Shown: positions 17,285-28,639, counted from the first letter of the stretch. The stretch: DNA of 31,090 nucleotides from an uncultured archaeon (GCA_964645535.1 CAZYCQ010000038.1:1-31090), one strand, 5' to 3'. Notes: a model not told the origin generated them from the letters alone. Made by a program: numbers and translations.

Positions 17285-20275
17285 TTGAAAGGACAATTCG
17301 TTTTATTGGATGTGGAAGGTACAACAATACACTGTACAGATAGAAGTGGTAATTCCCATACATTTGAGATATTGGATCCGTGGAAACAATTTTTGCCTTT
17401 TCTACAGAAGTTTGACATTATCTACGTCCACTCAGAGGACGGGACAATTGGCGAAGAAGGAGTTTTGGTAATCGAACCTCATTTTCTGGTAGCGGTTACG
17501 GGGGTGATTGATGCCATTTCCTGTCCCAGAAAAGTCTATGTCCGAACCATGGGGGCAGAAAAAGTAGTTGATGTTGATTTGCTTAGACGAATGACACAAG
17601 GGAATCTGCTCCATGACGTATTTTCCTATAAGATAGCAAGAGGGATGGAGGTGGACAGGGCAATTGAGCTAGCTTTGGAGGACAATAAGCTTGACCTGTT
17701 TGTCATTGATACAGATGAGGAAGAAGCCCGGCAATACCTTGAAAGAGATGCAGGGGCCATGGAAGGAGTGCAAGCACTAGGTCTGACGGAACTTGACTGC
17801 CAGAACTGGAATTATGGATTACATGGAAAGTTTGACGGTGTTGCAGAGAATCGAATTATAGAGCTCAAATCCTCAAGAATACCGACAGGCACCCCTTGGC
17901 CGAACCACAACATCCAGATGAACATCTACCTACAAATGGTTGAAGAGGTGGGAAAGCACCACGGAATGGTGTTATATGTCAATGAAGGACAGATGGGAAT
18001 GGCATTGCCTACCCAATGGCCCCTGAACAAGACGATTATTGGAAGAAACTATGCATATCTTGTTCAGACAGGAAGGCTCGTACCCGATGTTCTCAGAGGG
18101 GAGCAAGCAAAGGAATGCAGAAATTGTTATGTGAAAGATGGATGCTGGAAGCTGTGTGCAGGATTGGAAACTCAAAGGGATTGTGAAAAATGTCCTCAAA
18201 ATTCATTTTGTACCAAGGAAGCATGGAACCCTCACGCACAAGCATATTTCCAACATTTCACAAAGGCACTTCTTGATGAAGAAAAGGAAGGCCAAGCAGA
18301 ACTTTATTCCTATTCAAGGATAGCTTCCACTGATGAGGTGGTCAAAGAGCAGCTAGTTAAGGATGGGTATGCCATTATTGGCGAAAAAAAACTGAAAGAA
18401 TGGGAAAGTGAAAATCAAGGAAGAATTCTCACCAGATATCGGCAAAGATCAGAAATGCCAAGGTTTAGGAAAGGAGATTTGGCGATGGGATATGATCTTG
18501 CCAAACCACACGATTCCATTACTATGTTTTTCTCATTGAACATTGTCGATTTGGATGCCGAAACCGTAACAGTTGCTTCTGTCAACCCATTGCCGGAGCG
18601 TCTGGGAATTGTTCCCTCACGATATTCTTCAGGGATGCGTGGAGGGAGAAAGGCAGTTTTCTATGCAGTGGAAAGTCGAAATAGGCTTCTACATACCATC
18701 ATCGAATCCTTTGCGAAAGGATGGGCTGAATTGCCACCCCTGTCGGGTCATGTAAAAATACGACAACCACTCTTTAGATACAACAAGTACCAAGAGGAAG
18801 CGATCACCCATGCCCTCGCAACTCCTGATTTCTATCTCATTCAAGGTCCAGCAGGGACTGGGAAAACCAGTGTCATTGTTGAATTGGTCAATCAACTGCT
18901 CAAGCAGGGGAAAAAGGTGTTATGCGCGGCATACACCAATATGGCTGTCGACAGCATTGGCGAAAAACTGAAAAGGCAGGGAATTGAATTTTTGAGATTG
19001 GGAGGAGAGCTTTCAATGAGTGAAAACCTTAGGGAAAACTCACCACTTCAAAAGGAAGAGCTTTTCAAGGCAATGCTTGAAAAAAGGGGATCATTGGTTG
19101 TCCTTTCCACTACAACCACCATAGGGAAGGATCTGTATGAACAGGTTCTTTTTGATTATGTCATACTTGATGAGGCGGCACAAATGACGGAACCCGACGC
19201 GATCAGACCAATATTGAGAGGCGTGAGAGCAGTTCTTGTGGGAGATCATGCACAGCTTCAACCAATTGTCACGTCAGCAAAAGCCCAAGAAGCAAACTTG
19301 CATATTTCCCTTTTTGAACGGCTAGTAACGGCATTCCCAAATCGGTTCACACAGCTTAGGGAACAGTACAGAATGAATGATGAAATACTTCGATTCCCGA
19401 ATATCCATTTCTATCAGGGGAGACTGAGATCAGCAACCTCTGAAATTGCAAACCAGACCCTCCCTCCATTCCAAGGAGAATTCATTGACAATACACCCTA
19501 TCAAGTGATATCCATTGACTATCCTGGCCGGAATGAATTGCTTCAGGCAAACAAAGGAGAAATACTTGCTACACTTTACTGCATTCGAGATATTTTGAAA
19601 GGAGGCACTAAAATTCAGGATATCGGCATTGTTGCCCCTTTCAGGGCGCAAGTAGCAATGCTGAGGAGTATCCTTCCCTATCCCGACATCCAAATAGATA
19701 CTGTCGATCGGTATCAAGGATCGGAAAAGGAAGTAATCCTATTGTCAACAGTAACCTCCCACCAAGTACCCCTTCTTACTGATGAGAAAAGAATCAATGT
19801 AGCATTGACTCGTGCCAAGAAAAAAATGATTGTTCTTGTTACGAATCCAAAGCTCGATAAACCAACAACCTTTGTAGACGTGATTGCAAAAGAGGCCTTT
19901 GGGAGAGAAAGGGGGATCAAAGTGACGATAGATGAATTGCAGGCAGTCGGCATTGAAAAGGCAAGGAAATGGCAATCATTCATTTTTGAAAGAAGCAAGC
20001 AAGGGGTACCACCACCCATACCATCTTTCCTCTTTGTTCAAGAAGACCGATTTGCAGGGGAAAGATTCCCATCACAGCTCTTCTTTGGAACCATTCAATT
20101 GGAGGTTAGGAAACCAAGGGAAGCACGCCATTGCATATTTTGTTACCAAATTGTCGAGGAGGGAATTGAGTGCTTAGGTTGTCAATATTGGTTCCATGAA
20201 AATCATCTCATGCAATGGTTGGATATGTCGTCAAGCTGTCCGATTTGCAAGCATAGCTTAGTCATTGAGGACTGA
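17285..20275 (+). CDS. Dna2-like Fe-S PD-(D/E)xK nuclease + SF1 (Upf1-like) helicase + C-terminal RING finger
   Basis: Nuclease: SCPRK, GNLLH, GLHGKFD, ELKS, QxxxY, CxxCx5C. Helicase: GPAGTGKT, TNMAVD, DEAAQ, GDHAQL, QYRM, VDRYQGSE, NVALTRAK. C-terminal Cys/His finger. TTG start. Confidence 0.9.
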   Translation: MKGQFVLLDVEGTTIHCTDRSGNSHTFEILDPWKQFLPFLQKFDIIYVHSEDGTIGEEGVLVIEPHFLVAVTGVIDAISCPRKVYVRTMGAEKVVDVDLLRRMTQGNLLHDVFSYKIARGMEVDRAIELALEDNKLDLFVIDTDEEEARQYLERDAGAMEGVQALGLTELDCQNWNYGLHGKFDGVAENRIIELKSSRIPTGTPWPNHNIQMNIYLQMVEEVGKHHGMVLYVNEGQMGMALPTQWPLNKTIIGRNYAYLVQTGRLVPDVLRGEQAKECRNCYVKDGCWKLCAGLETQRDCEKCPQNSFCTKEAWNPHAQAYFQHFTKALLDEEKEGQAELYSYSRIASTDEVVKEQLVKDGYAIIGEKKLKEWESENQGRILTRYRQRSEMPRFRKGDLAMGYDLAKPHDSITMFFSLNIVDLDAETVTVASVNPLPERLGIVPSRYSSGMRGGRKAVFYAVESRNRLLHTIIESFAKGWAELPPLSGHVKIRQPLFRYNKYQEEAITHALATPDFYLIQGPAGTGKTSVIVELVNQLLKQGKKVLCAAYTNMAVDSIGEKLKRQGIEFLRLGGELSMSENLRENSPLQKEELFKAMLEKRGSLVVLSTTTTIGKDLYEQVLFDYVILDEAAQMTEPDAIRPILRGVRAVLVGDHAQLQPIVTSAKAQEANLHISLFERLVTAFPNRFTQLREQYRMNDEILRFPNIHFYQGRLRSATSEIANQTLPPFQGEFIDNTPYQVISIDYPGRNELLQANKGEILATLYCIRDILKGGTKIQDIGIVAPFRAQVAMLRSILPYPDIQIDTVDRYQGSEKEVILLSTVTSHQVPLLTDEKRINVALTRAKKKMIVLVTNPKLDKPTTFVDVIAKEAFGRERGIKVTIDELQAVGIEKARKWQSFIFERSKQGVPPPIPSFLFVQEDRFAGERFPSQLFFGTIQLEVRKPREARHCIFCYQIVEEGIECLGCQYWFHENHLMQWLDMSSSCPICKHSLVIED

Positions 20276-21575
20276 GAATTCTAGAAAGATCCCTCCATCC
20301 GATATCTGTTCGAAAATGGAGTAGATTTCCTTCAATCATTAAAGAGGACATGGCAGAATATACCTTCTTTCGTGCTTCAACAATATTGGAACCGGCAGCC
20401 ACCAATGAAAAGAGTCGACCACCATTAGCCACTGGTTGCCCTTCCTGTTCCGCCAATCCTGCGGAAAAAAACAGAATGTCTTCTTCAAGGGTATCCAGAC
20501 CCAGTAACCGCTTGCCTTTGACAATGGAATAATCGACAGGATAACCGAAGGATGCCCCAACAAGGCAGATTCTGGTTTTTCCATCGAATTTTACAGATTG
20601 GGTATCCAATTTCCCTTCCAGACAGGAGGTGACCAAATTGAAATAATCGGTTTCAAGACTTGGAAGGATGGCCTGACATTCAGGATCACCCCATCTTGCA
20701 TTGTATTCAATTGCGTACATTCCCTTAGATGTAACAATTCCACTGAAATAGAGAATGCCAATGTAAGGAATACCTTCTTTTTCCATGTTCTTGATTACTG
20801 GAGCTATGAAATCCTCAATGATTTGCTTGTCCAAATCTTCAGTCACGGAAGTGGGAGCGACAACACCCATTCCCCCAGTTTGCTCGCCAAGATCATGATC
20901 AAGCTGTCGTTTATGGTCTTGGGCAGATATCAACGGAAGGAAATGAATGCCGTCACTGATGGCATAGAATGAGAATTCCTCCCCTTCCAAACCCTCTTCA
21001 ATCACAAATGTCTTGCCTGCCTCTCCAAAGGTATCCATTTTCTGTATTGCCAGCTTTGCTTCCTCTAGAGAGGTGGCCTTCAAGGCACCTTTGCCTGCTG
21101 CAAGACCGCTTGCCTTGATGAAAAGAGATTTTGAAGGGTTCTGTGAATATTCCCGCTCAACAAATTCCATGGCAGAGGTTTTTTCAGAAAATACATGAAA
21201 TTCAGGAGAAGGTATGCCATGTCGTTTCATGAACTGGCGAGCCCAAGCCTTGTCCCACTCAATGCGGGCAGCGGCTTTGGTTGGACCAAATACACGAAAA
21301 CCGGCTTTTGTTAACAGATCAACGGTTCCAGCTGCCAAAGCATCATCCTGTGCTACATCAATCAAGTCAGGCCTGTGCTTTTCAGCAATTCGAACCATCG
21401 AGGTTGCATCCTTCAAGGAACAATCAGGATCGATTTCAAGGCCTTCCGTGGAAATTTGCATCCAAGAATTTCCGGGAGCCACAATCACTTTGTTTACGTG
21501 GGGGCTTTGCAGATAGGTGACTGCAAGGGCGTGTTCTCTTGCCCCACTTCCAAAAATTAAGACTTTGTTGGTCAT
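20262..21575 (-). CDS. purD: Phosphoribosylamine-glycine ligase
   Basis: GSGAREHA, FGPTKAAARIE, GLAAGKG, QDHKR, TGGMG, EYNARWGDPE. Confidence 0.97.
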   Translation of the reverse strand: MTNKVLIFGSGAREHALAVTYLQSPHVNKVIVAPGNSWMQISTEGLEIDPDCSLKDATSMVRIAEKHRPDLIDVAQDDALAAGTVDLLTKAGFRVFGPTKAAARIEWDKAWARQFMKRHGIPSPEFHVFSEKTSAMEFVEREYSQNPSKSLFIKASGLAAGKGALKATSLEEAKLAIQKMDTFGEAGKTFVIEEGLEGEEFSFYAISDGIHFLPLISAQDHKRQLDHDLGEQTGGMGVVAPTSVTEDLDKQIIEDFIAPVIKNMEKEGIPYIGILYFSGIVTSKGMYAIEYNARWGDPECQAILPSLETDYFNLVTSCLEGKLDTQSVKFDGKTRICLVGASFGYPVDYSIVKGKRLLGLDTLEEDILFFSAGLAEQEGQPVANGGRLFSLVAAGSNIVEARKKVYSAMSSLMIEGNLLHFRTDIGWRDLSRILSPQ

Positions 21576-21577
21576 TT

Positions 21578-23005
21578 CTATTCCTCCTTGGCCAAAGCAA
21601 CTTCAATTATTTCATCAGATTCATAATGGGTCATGGTTTCTAGTATCATTCCTTCTTCAAGCAGGCGTTTTAGATGTTGACCGAAAGGTGTGGGATAATT
21701 TCCGTCAATGCAGGCCATACATAATTCAGGCAAATCAATTGCTCGTTTCAAGTTTTCGTGGGTAAGGTATGTGAGAGAATCTGCACCAATCTCACGTCGG
21801 ATCTCTTCAACTGATTTTTGAGATGCAATCAGCTCCTTCTTGGTAGTAAAATCAACACCATAGTAGCAGGGGTATCTTGTGGGAGGATTGGTAATAGCCA
21901 CATGGATTTCCGTAGCTCCTTTTTGCCTCAATAGAGATATTAGATACTTGAGGGTCAAACCGCGTATGATGGAATCATCCACAAGCAGAAGCCTTTTTCC
22001 TTTGATCATCCCTTCAATGAAAAGGTATTTTGACTTTGCAGCGGCCAGTCGTTCATCTTCAGCAGGCATGATGAATGTTCTCATGGAGGATCGATTCTTG
22101 AGGATGGCATCCCTTAAGGGAATTCCGAGTTTTTCGCTGAGCGTTTGGGAAGCTGTCCTGGAGGTATCTGGAACAGGGACAACCGCATCGGCCTCGATTC
22201 CTGCATTTCGAATTTGGTCACCCAAGAGTTCACCCAATCGTAACCTTGTTTCATACACACTTCGTTCATTGATTTCGGATGCTGCTGAGGCAAAATAGAC
22301 ATATTCAAACATGCATGGTCTTTTTTCCGTCTTTACGAGCTGTTGGATGGTCAATTCATCCTCATCAAATATCAACAGCCCTCCAGGAGGCATTTCTTTA
22401 ATCTCAGGCATACCTGCCTGTTGCAGAACCAGTGATTCCGAAGCAATCACTGCAAACCCATCATGGAAACCGTAGACCATGGGTCTAATACCCCTAGGAT
22501 CCCGAATCCCAAAGAAGGTATGGCCAAGGAATCCCGTTATTGAATAAGCACCGTCAAGAATGTCCATCAGTTTCTTGGAAGCCATGACAAGATCATTGCC
22601 ATTGTCAATGAACTCACCCAATAAATTGGCAATGAATTCCGCATCGCTATGGAATTCATGTTTAGAAAATTTTCGAATGTTGGCGATTTGACCATTGTGG
22701 CAGATTGTAAGCTGGCCAAGTCGAGTTTCCACGGAAAATGGTTGGGCGAATTTCTCCACAGGAACATTGCCATTCCGATTTCCGTATGTCGGATATCGAG
22801 TACTTCCTAGAATGTATCTCGAATTTACCTCAGGCAATGGAATTTGGATGGGTTGTCCCTTGACCTTGGCAAGGCAATGCTTACCTGTTTCATCGATCCA
22901 TGCAAGACCAGATGCATCCTGTCCTCTATGGACAAGAAGTTGCAGAAGGGATTGGGCTTGAGTCAACTTCAAAACCTTGCCACAAATTCCGACAATGCCA
23001 CACAT
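21578..23005 (-). CDS. purF: Amidophosphoribosyltransferase
   Basis: MCGIVG Ntn start, HRGQD, HNG, CMFEYVYF, VDDSIIRG, PCYYGVD, CMAC. Confidence 0.96.
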   Translation of the reverse strand: MCGIVGICGKVLKLTQAQSLLQLLVHRGQDASGLAWIDETGKHCLAKVKGQPIQIPLPEVNSRYILGSTRYPTYGNRNGNVPVEKFAQPFSVETRLGQLTICHNGQIANIRKFSKHEFHSDAEFIANLLGEFIDNGNDLVMASKKLMDILDGAYSITGFLGHTFFGIRDPRGIRPMVYGFHDGFAVIASESLVLQQAGMPEIKEMPPGGLLIFDEDELTIQQLVKTEKRPCMFEYVYFASAASEINERSVYETRLRLGELLGDQIRNAGIEADAVVPVPDTSRTASQTLSEKLGIPLRDAILKNRSSMRTFIMPAEDERLAAAKSKYLFIEGMIKGKRLLLVDDSIIRGLTLKYLISLLRQKGATEIHVAITNPPTRYPCYYGVDFTTKKELIASQKSVEEIRREIGADSLTYLTHENLKRAIDLPELCMACIDGNYPTPFGQHLKRLLEEGMILETMTHYESDEIIEVALAKEE

Positions 23006-23604
23006 TATGCCATACCCTCCAATTCAATCTTGATCTTCCCAATTGCAATCTCTTGGAGAACGGTGGGAAGCAATTCATGTTCAACTTCCAAAATCCGTGC
23101 ACTAAGGGTTTCTTCAGTATCGTCTTCAAGAACAGGGACGCATTTTTGTGCAAGGATCTTGCCTGCATCCACTTCCTCATTCACAAGGTGAACGGTTGCA
23201 CCAGTCACCTTCACGCCATATTCCAATGCTTGGCGTTGAGCATGAAGTCCCTTGAAGGAGGGAAGGAGGCTCGGATGAATATTGATGAAACGGTTTGGAT
23301 ATTGGTTGAGAAGATAGGGGGTAATAATTCGCATGTATCCTGCCAGAACAATGAATTCTATAGGATACTTCCGTAAAATCTCCAATATTGCCTGTTCATG
23401 AGCGCGACGGGAATCATAGCCTTTTGGAGAAACAGCATATGCTGGAATTCCCGAATTTCTCGCCAATTCAAGAATTCTGGCATTTTCCTTATCGGAAATC
23501 ACGACCAAAATTTTTGCATCAAGGCTTCCTGAATCGATTGCTTGGAGAATTGCCTGGAAATTAGAGCCTCTGCCAGATCCAAAAACAGCCAAATTCAGAA
23601 CCAT
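23005..23604 (-). CDS. purN: GAR formyltransferase (folate-dependent)
   Basis: SGRGSNFQA, LAGYMRI, NIHPSLLP, GATVH. Confidence 0.97.
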   Translation of the reverse strand: MVLNLAVFGSGRGSNFQAILQAIDSGSLDAKILVVISDKENARILELARNSGIPAYAVSPKGYDSRRAHEQAILEILRKYPIEFIVLAGYMRIITPYLLNQYPNRFINIHPSLLPSFKGLHAQRQALEYGVKVTGATVHLVNEEVDAGKILAQKCVPVLEDDTEETLSARILEVEHELLPTVLQEIAIGKIKIELEGMA

Positions 23605-24461
23605 TACAATACCCTCCCTTTATAGGCCTCCACAGTGTTCTTCATGAGCATGGCAATGGTCATGGGACCGACACCACCAGGAACAGGAGTAATTTTTGAT
23701 GCCTTCAGAACAACCATATCGAAATCAACATCGCCTTTCAACCCTGAAGGAGTCCTTGTGATTCCTACATCAATAACTACACAACCATCCTTCACCATGT
23801 CTGCCGTGATGGTGTTTGGCTTACCCACCGCAGAGACCACGATGTCGGCAAAACGGGTATAGTGTTTGAGGTTTTTTGTTTTGCTATGGCACAAGGTAAC
23901 TGTGGCATTCTTCTGTTCAAGAAGTCTGGCAAGAGGTTTGCCCACAAGGTTGGATCGACCGACCACAACAGCGTCAGAGCCTTCAATGTTTACTTGGGAT
24001 CTTTCCAGAAGTTCAATGACACCTAGAGGAGTACAGGGGTTAAACCCGCGCAATCCCATGTGCAATTTTCCTGAATTGATATAATTCAGCCCGTCGACAT
24101 CCTTTTCCGGATTGATGAGGGAAATTGCCAGATTTGCATCCAAATGTTGGGGAAGTGGAAGTTGAAGCAAAATCCCGTCAACTTCGGAGGCAAGGTTAAG
24201 CTCTTGTATCACATCATGGAGCCTATCTTGGGTTGTGTCTTTCGGTAATCGAATTACATTCGTTCGAATACCAATCTCACTTGCCCGTTTTTGTTTCATG
24301 TTGACATAAATCTGAGATGCAGGATCATCGCCCACCAGAATTGCGGTCAGATTTGGTTGTCTCGGGAATGTTGCGATTTCAGCTTTCAGTTCATCAAGAA
24401 CATGTTTCGCAATTGACTTCCCATCTATGATTTTCTGTCGTGGAAATGTCATGAGGGTCAT
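23604..24461 (-). CDS. folD: Methylene-THF dehydrogenase/cyclohydrolase
   Basis: YVNMK, EKDVDG, PCTPLG, GRSNLVGKP, TPVPGGVGPMT. Confidence 0.97.
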   Translation of the reverse strand: MTLMTFPRQKIIDGKSIAKHVLDELKAEIATFPRQPNLTAILVGDDPASQIYVNMKQKRASEIGIRTNVIRLPKDTTQDRLHDVIQELNLASEVDGILLQLPLPQHLDANLAISLINPEKDVDGLNYINSGKLHMGLRGFNPCTPLGVIELLERSQVNIEGSDAVVVGRSNLVGKPLARLLEQKNATVTLCHSKTKNLKHYTRFADIVVSAVGKPNTITADMVKDGCVVIDVGITRTPSGLKGDVDFDMVVLKASKITPVPGGVGPMTIAMLMKNTVEAYKGRVL

Positions 24462-25459
24462 TAATGCTTCCTCCTTGGTAAGAGCGAAAGGTCACCAATG
24501 GTCACTTTATCTCCTTTTTTGACGACACCTATCCTATATGCAGGGAAATAACGGTTGAGTAGGTCAACTGTTTCCGTCTCCTCCGAAGGATCCACGATCA
24601 TGACAAAACCAATTCCCATGTTGAAAGTGGAAAACATTTCAAACGGGGCAACATCACCTCTTTTTTGAATTTCGGAGAAGATTTCAGGGATGGACCAAGG
24701 TTGCAAGGCATAATGATGCGAACCTAAGCGGAATAGGTTCCGAAACCCACCACCAGTTATATGAGCCATGCCTTTTATTCCAATCCTCTTTTCAAGTAAT
24801 TTCTTGATCGCTTTAACGTAAATCCGGGTAGGAGTAAGAAGTTTCTCAAGCCAATCTTCTTCATTGGCTTCAAACAGCTTTCTTGCAAGGGTGAGACCGT
24901 TGGAATGAATGCCGCTTGATTCAATACCGATAATGACATCACCCTCTTGAATTTTACTTCCATCAATCACATTCTCCTTCAGTTGAATCCCAAAGGCAGT
25001 TCCCGAAAGGTCGAATATATTGCCCTCGGGTGCAAGCAAATCTGGAAGAATGGCGGTTTCACCACCCAACAAGGGAATTTCCGCAAGGTTGCAACCTTCT
25101 ACGACACCTTTGATGATTTCAGCAAGTTTTTCCTCATCAGGTTCACGAATGGCAATATAATCGACAAAACCTTGTGGAATTGAACCAGTAGCAATAAGAT
25201 CATTCACATTCATCGCGACACAGTCGATGCCAATCGTATCAAATTTTTTCAGCAGTTCTGCAACCAAAACCTTTGAACCAACTCCATCAGTGGAAAGACT
25301 GAAGATATGATCGCCAAACTCAATGCCATTGGCAAAGAAATCATTGACTCTGGATTGAGATGTTGAATTGGCATTGATAACGGAAAGTATACGAGAGACA
25401 GCAGTCTCTTCCAACATGCGGTTGACTCCCGCTTGAGCGTAAGTTGAGATTCGAGTCAT
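24461..25459 (-). CDS. purM: AIR synthase
   Basis: [37 protein letters not shown]. Confidence 0.96.
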   Translation of the reverse strand: MTRISTYAQAGVNRMLEETAVSRILSVINANSTSQSRVNDFFANGIEFGDHIFSLSTDGVGSKVLVAELLKKFDTIGIDCVAMNVNDLIATGSIPQGFVDYIAIREPDEEKLAEIIKGVVEGCNLAEIPLLGGETAILPDLLAPEGNIFDLSGTAFGIQLKENVIDGSKIQEGDVIIGIESSGIHSNGLTLARKLFEANEEDWLEKLLTPTRIYVKAIKKLLEKRIGIKGMAHITGGGFRNLFRLGSHHYALQPWSIPEIFSEIQKRGDVAPFEMFSTFNMGIGFVMIVDPSEETETVDLLNRYFPAYRIGVVKKGDKVTIGDLSLLPRRKH

Positions 25460-25848
25460 TTTGCCACCTCCAAGATTCGCAAGGCAAGATGGGCACCATT
25501 AGCTCCGTTGTCTATGCCCACAGTAGCAACTGGAACACCCTTAGGCATCTGTGCCATGGAAAGAAGGGCATCCAACCCATTGAGGGCAGAGGAAACAGGT
25601 ACACCTATGACAGGCACCTTGGTCTTTGAAGCAACTACACCAGGCAGAGCAGCAGAAAGTCCTGCAATGCAGATGTATGCCTTCACACCTGCCTCATTTT
25701 GTTCCTTGATGATCTTATCAAGAAGATCTGGAGTTCGATGGGCAGATGCCACAAAAGTAGAATAGTGGACATCATGCTCATCCAACACCCGTGTCACTTT
25801 CTCGACAATATGCTTGTCACTTTCAGATCCGGAAATAATACAAATCAT
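25456..25848 (-). CDS. purE: AIR carboxylase family protein PurE (short)
   Basis: [31 protein letters not shown]. Confidence 0.95.
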   Translation of the reverse strand: MICIISGSESDKHIVEKVTRVLDEHDVHYSTFVASAHRTPDLLDKIIKEQNEAGVKAYICIAGLSAALPGVVASKTKVPVIGVPVSSALNGLDALLSMAQMPKGVPVATVGIDNGANGAHLALRILEVAK

Positions 25849-27968
25849 ACAGTCAATGCCTCCTTTATAGGGCTAAACAGTTTGTTCTTGAGGGTCTCCA
25901 AAGGAAGAGTAGAGAAATCGAAGTGGAGTTGGTTTCCTCCCGCCACCCCAAGAAACATAACCGGAATTTTCATTTCTTTTGCCATTTGTTCAAATGATTC
26001 ACGATTGGCTTGTTTTACTGCAACGAGATATCGTGGAGCATGTTCGCCAAACACAAAAGACAGATCTTCCATCGGAAAAGAGAATTCACCACCAATTCCA
26101 GCTTTGACCAAAGTCTTTGCCAATGTCAGAAGGAGACCACCCCGTCCGATATGGGTAGACCCCTTGATCTCCTTGCAGGAAAGGATGAAGTCAGCAACTT
26201 TTCGTTCCTTTTCATAATCAACACTAGGGGGATATGCAGAAATGTCAAGATCAAAGTATCTTTGGAGTTGGGAACCATACAAGAATCCCTCTTTCATTCC
26301 AACAAGAAAGAGAAGGTCATCTGTTTCAAATTGAGGAACATAAGGGTCAAGCGATTCCTGAAGGCCAACCATACCAACAAATGGTGAAGGAAGGATCTTT
26401 GAATTGCCTGCTTCATTGTACAATGAAACATTGCCTCCTACCACAGGAATCATCAATTCATGGGAAAAGGTACCCAAACCTCGAATCGATTCCACAAATT
26501 CGGCATAGGAAACCGGATTCTCGGGATTGCCAAAATTCAGTGAATCCACCAGACCAATGGGAATTGCTTTTTTCGCCCAGATCTTGCGAGCAATCTCCAA
26601 TGTAGCAAGTTCGGTTCCTAGTCTAGGATTGAGTCCAACAAGATAAGAATTGGTTCCTGCCGCCATCACCAAGGATTTGCCATTGGGAAGCATGATGGAT
26701 CCTGCACCATCTCCTGGAGAGCAAATGGTATTTCCCTGCACATGTTGATCATATTGCTGGAAGATACCATCTTTGAGACTCAGATCTGCTGTGGACAGGA
26801 GCAATGTCATCGCTTCATGGACGGTTGAAAACGGCTTACGTTCAAACTGCTCAATCCGGGGTCTGAATTCACCGACCGTTCTTGAGGGTTCAGGGAACCC
26901 CTTCACGACAAATTCTACAGGAAGATCCGCAACAATCTCACCATTGAAAGAGGCAACAAATTGCCCAGTGGAGGTGACTTCACCAACAATGGCCACATTC
27001 ACCCCATATTTTCCGATTACTTCCTCCACCGCATCCATGTTGTCTTTAGTTACAACAGCCAGCATACGTTCCTGTGATTCAGAAACAAGAATTTCCCAAG
27101 GCTTCATTTCAGGAACCTTCAAAGGCACTCGTTCCAGATACAGGTGAACACCGGTACCACCTTTCTCAGCCATTTCTGCGGCAGCACATGCAAGACCTCC
27201 GCCACCCAAATCCTGAAGACCAGAAAGAAGACCCAAATCACGCAATTCTATGACAATATCGATAAGGAGCTTTTCTGTCAATGGATCTCCGATCTGAACA
27301 GAGCCCCTATTTTCAAGCCCTTTATCTTCATCCAAGATCTCAGAGGCAAAGGTAACGCCCCCAATCCCATCAAGTCCGGTTCTTGCACCAAAAAGGACAA
27401 GTAGATCCCCAGGATTTCTGGCAATGGATCGAATGACTTTGTTTTTTCCAACGATACCAACACACATTGCGTTTACAAGGGGGTTGGATGAGAATTCAGG
27501 AGAAAATTCCAGATCACCCCCTAAATTGGGAACACCAATGCAATTTCCATATGATGATATTCCCAAAACAACTTGATCCAGAAGAAACCTTTGCCGGTGG
27601 GTGGTAGGCAATCCGAACCTAAGACAATCCAATATTGCCACAGGACGGCATCCTTGACTCAGTATGTCCCTCACGATGCCTCCAACTCCAGTACTTGCAC
27701 CATTGAATGGATCGACAGCAGATGGATGATTATGGCTTTCCAAGCCAATTCCAACCAGCAGATCATCCCCTACATCAAGCAATCCAGCCCCTTCACCAAT
27801 TCCAAGCCACACATGATCACTATCGGTATTGAAGAGGTGAAACCAGCGTTTGCTTGATTTATATGAACAATGCTCGCTCCACAGAGCATCAAAAACCGCA
27901 AGTTCAGGGGTATTTGGCTCTCGTCCCAATTTCTCACGGATATGTTGCAATTCATTGTCAGTCAGCAT
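25845..27968 (-). CDS. purL: FGAM synthase subunit PurL (small form)
   Basis: [46 protein letters not shown]. Confidence 0.97.
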   Translation of the reverse strand: MLTDNELQHIREKLGREPNTPELAVFDALWSEHCSYKSSKRWFHLFNTDSDHVWLGIGEGAGLLDVGDDLLVGIGLESHNHPSAVDPFNGASTGVGGIVRDILSQGCRPVAILDCLRFGLPTTHRQRFLLDQVVLGISSYGNCIGVPNLGGDLEFSPEFSSNPLVNAMCVGIVGKNKVIRSIARNPGDLLVLFGARTGLDGIGGVTFASEILDEDKGLENRGSVQIGDPLTEKLLIDIVIELRDLGLLSGLQDLGGGGLACAAAEMAEKGGTGVHLYLERVPLKVPEMKPWEILVSESQERMLAVVTKDNMDAVEEVIGKYGVNVAIVGEVTSTGQFVASFNGEIVADLPVEFVVKGFPEPSRTVGEFRPRIEQFERKPFSTVHEAMTLLLSTADLSLKDGIFQQYDQHVQGNTICSPGDGAGSIMLPNGKSLVMAAGTNSYLVGLNPRLGTELATLEIARKIWAKKAIPIGLVDSLNFGNPENPVSYAEFVESIRGLGTFSHELMIPVVGGNVSLYNEAGNSKILPSPFVGMVGLQESLDPYVPQFETDDLLFLVGMKEGFLYGSQLQRYFDLDISAYPPSVDYEKERKVADFILSCKEIKGSTHIGRGGLLLTLAKTLVKAGIGGEFSFPMEDLSFVFGEHAPRYLVAVKQANRESFEQMAKEMKIPVMFLGVAGGNQLHFDFSTLPLETLKNKLFSPIKEALTV

Positions 27969-28639
27969 TTTATTGCCTCCAAAAACCGCTCAATGATCAA
28001 TCGTCCATCCGTAGACCCCTGATATGGGAAAACAGCCCGTTCGGGGTGGGGCATCATTCCAACCAAGGATCCGTCCCCATTCGTCAAACCTGCAATGTTT
28101 TCAAGTGAACCATTGGGATTACTGTCTGGAGAGATATTGCCTGCCTGATCAGAATAGTAGGCAACAGCCCGATCCCTCAGTCTTTTTTCTGAAGGATACC
28201 AGAGGTTCCCTTCAAAATGGGCAATAGGAAGCTTCAGTACCTTCCCCGCCAATTCTTCGAGATAGGATTGGTTAACTGGAATTTTCACATGAATGAATTT
28301 GCAGATAAATCGAGTGGATTGATTCGGCAAAAGTACTCCATCAACCAATCCTCTTTCAGAAACTATTTGGAAACCGTTGCAGATGGAAAGAACAGGAGTG
28401 CCGTCTTTAATCTTGGTGCTGACCTTTTCCATCAGTGAAGTAGTGGAAGCAATTGCGCCTGCCCGTAAATAATCACCATAGCTGAACCCACCAGGGAGAT
28501 AAATCCCATCCATTTCCTCGACTTGATCCTCGTTCCAAACATCAATAAGATAAGGTGCTACATGGTCAAACGATTTCAGGGCACGGATCGTTTCATGTTC
28601 ATTGTTTGTTCCGGGAAAACGAACCACGCCGATTTTCAT
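27962..28639 (-). CDS. purQ: FGAM synthase glutaminase subunit
   Basis: FPGTN, PGGFSYGDYLRAG, ICNGFQ, MMPHPER. Confidence 0.97.
   Translation of the reverse strand: MKIGVVRFPGTNNEHETIRALKSFDHVAPYLIDVWNEDQVEEMDGIYLPGGFSYGDYLRAGAIASTTSLMEKVSTKIKDGTPVLSICNGFQIVSERGLVDGVLLPNQSTRFICKFIHVKIPVNQSYLEELAGKVLKLPIAHFEGNLWYPSEKRLRDRAVAYYSDQAGNISPDSNPNGSLENIAGLTNGDGSLVGMMPHPERAVFPYQGSTDGRLIIERFLEAIKC

Noticed and set aside
17285-18250. Cas4 / CRISPR adaptation module
   Set aside because: The nuclease has Dna2 architecture fused to an SF1 helicase; no cas1, cas2 or array is in the window.
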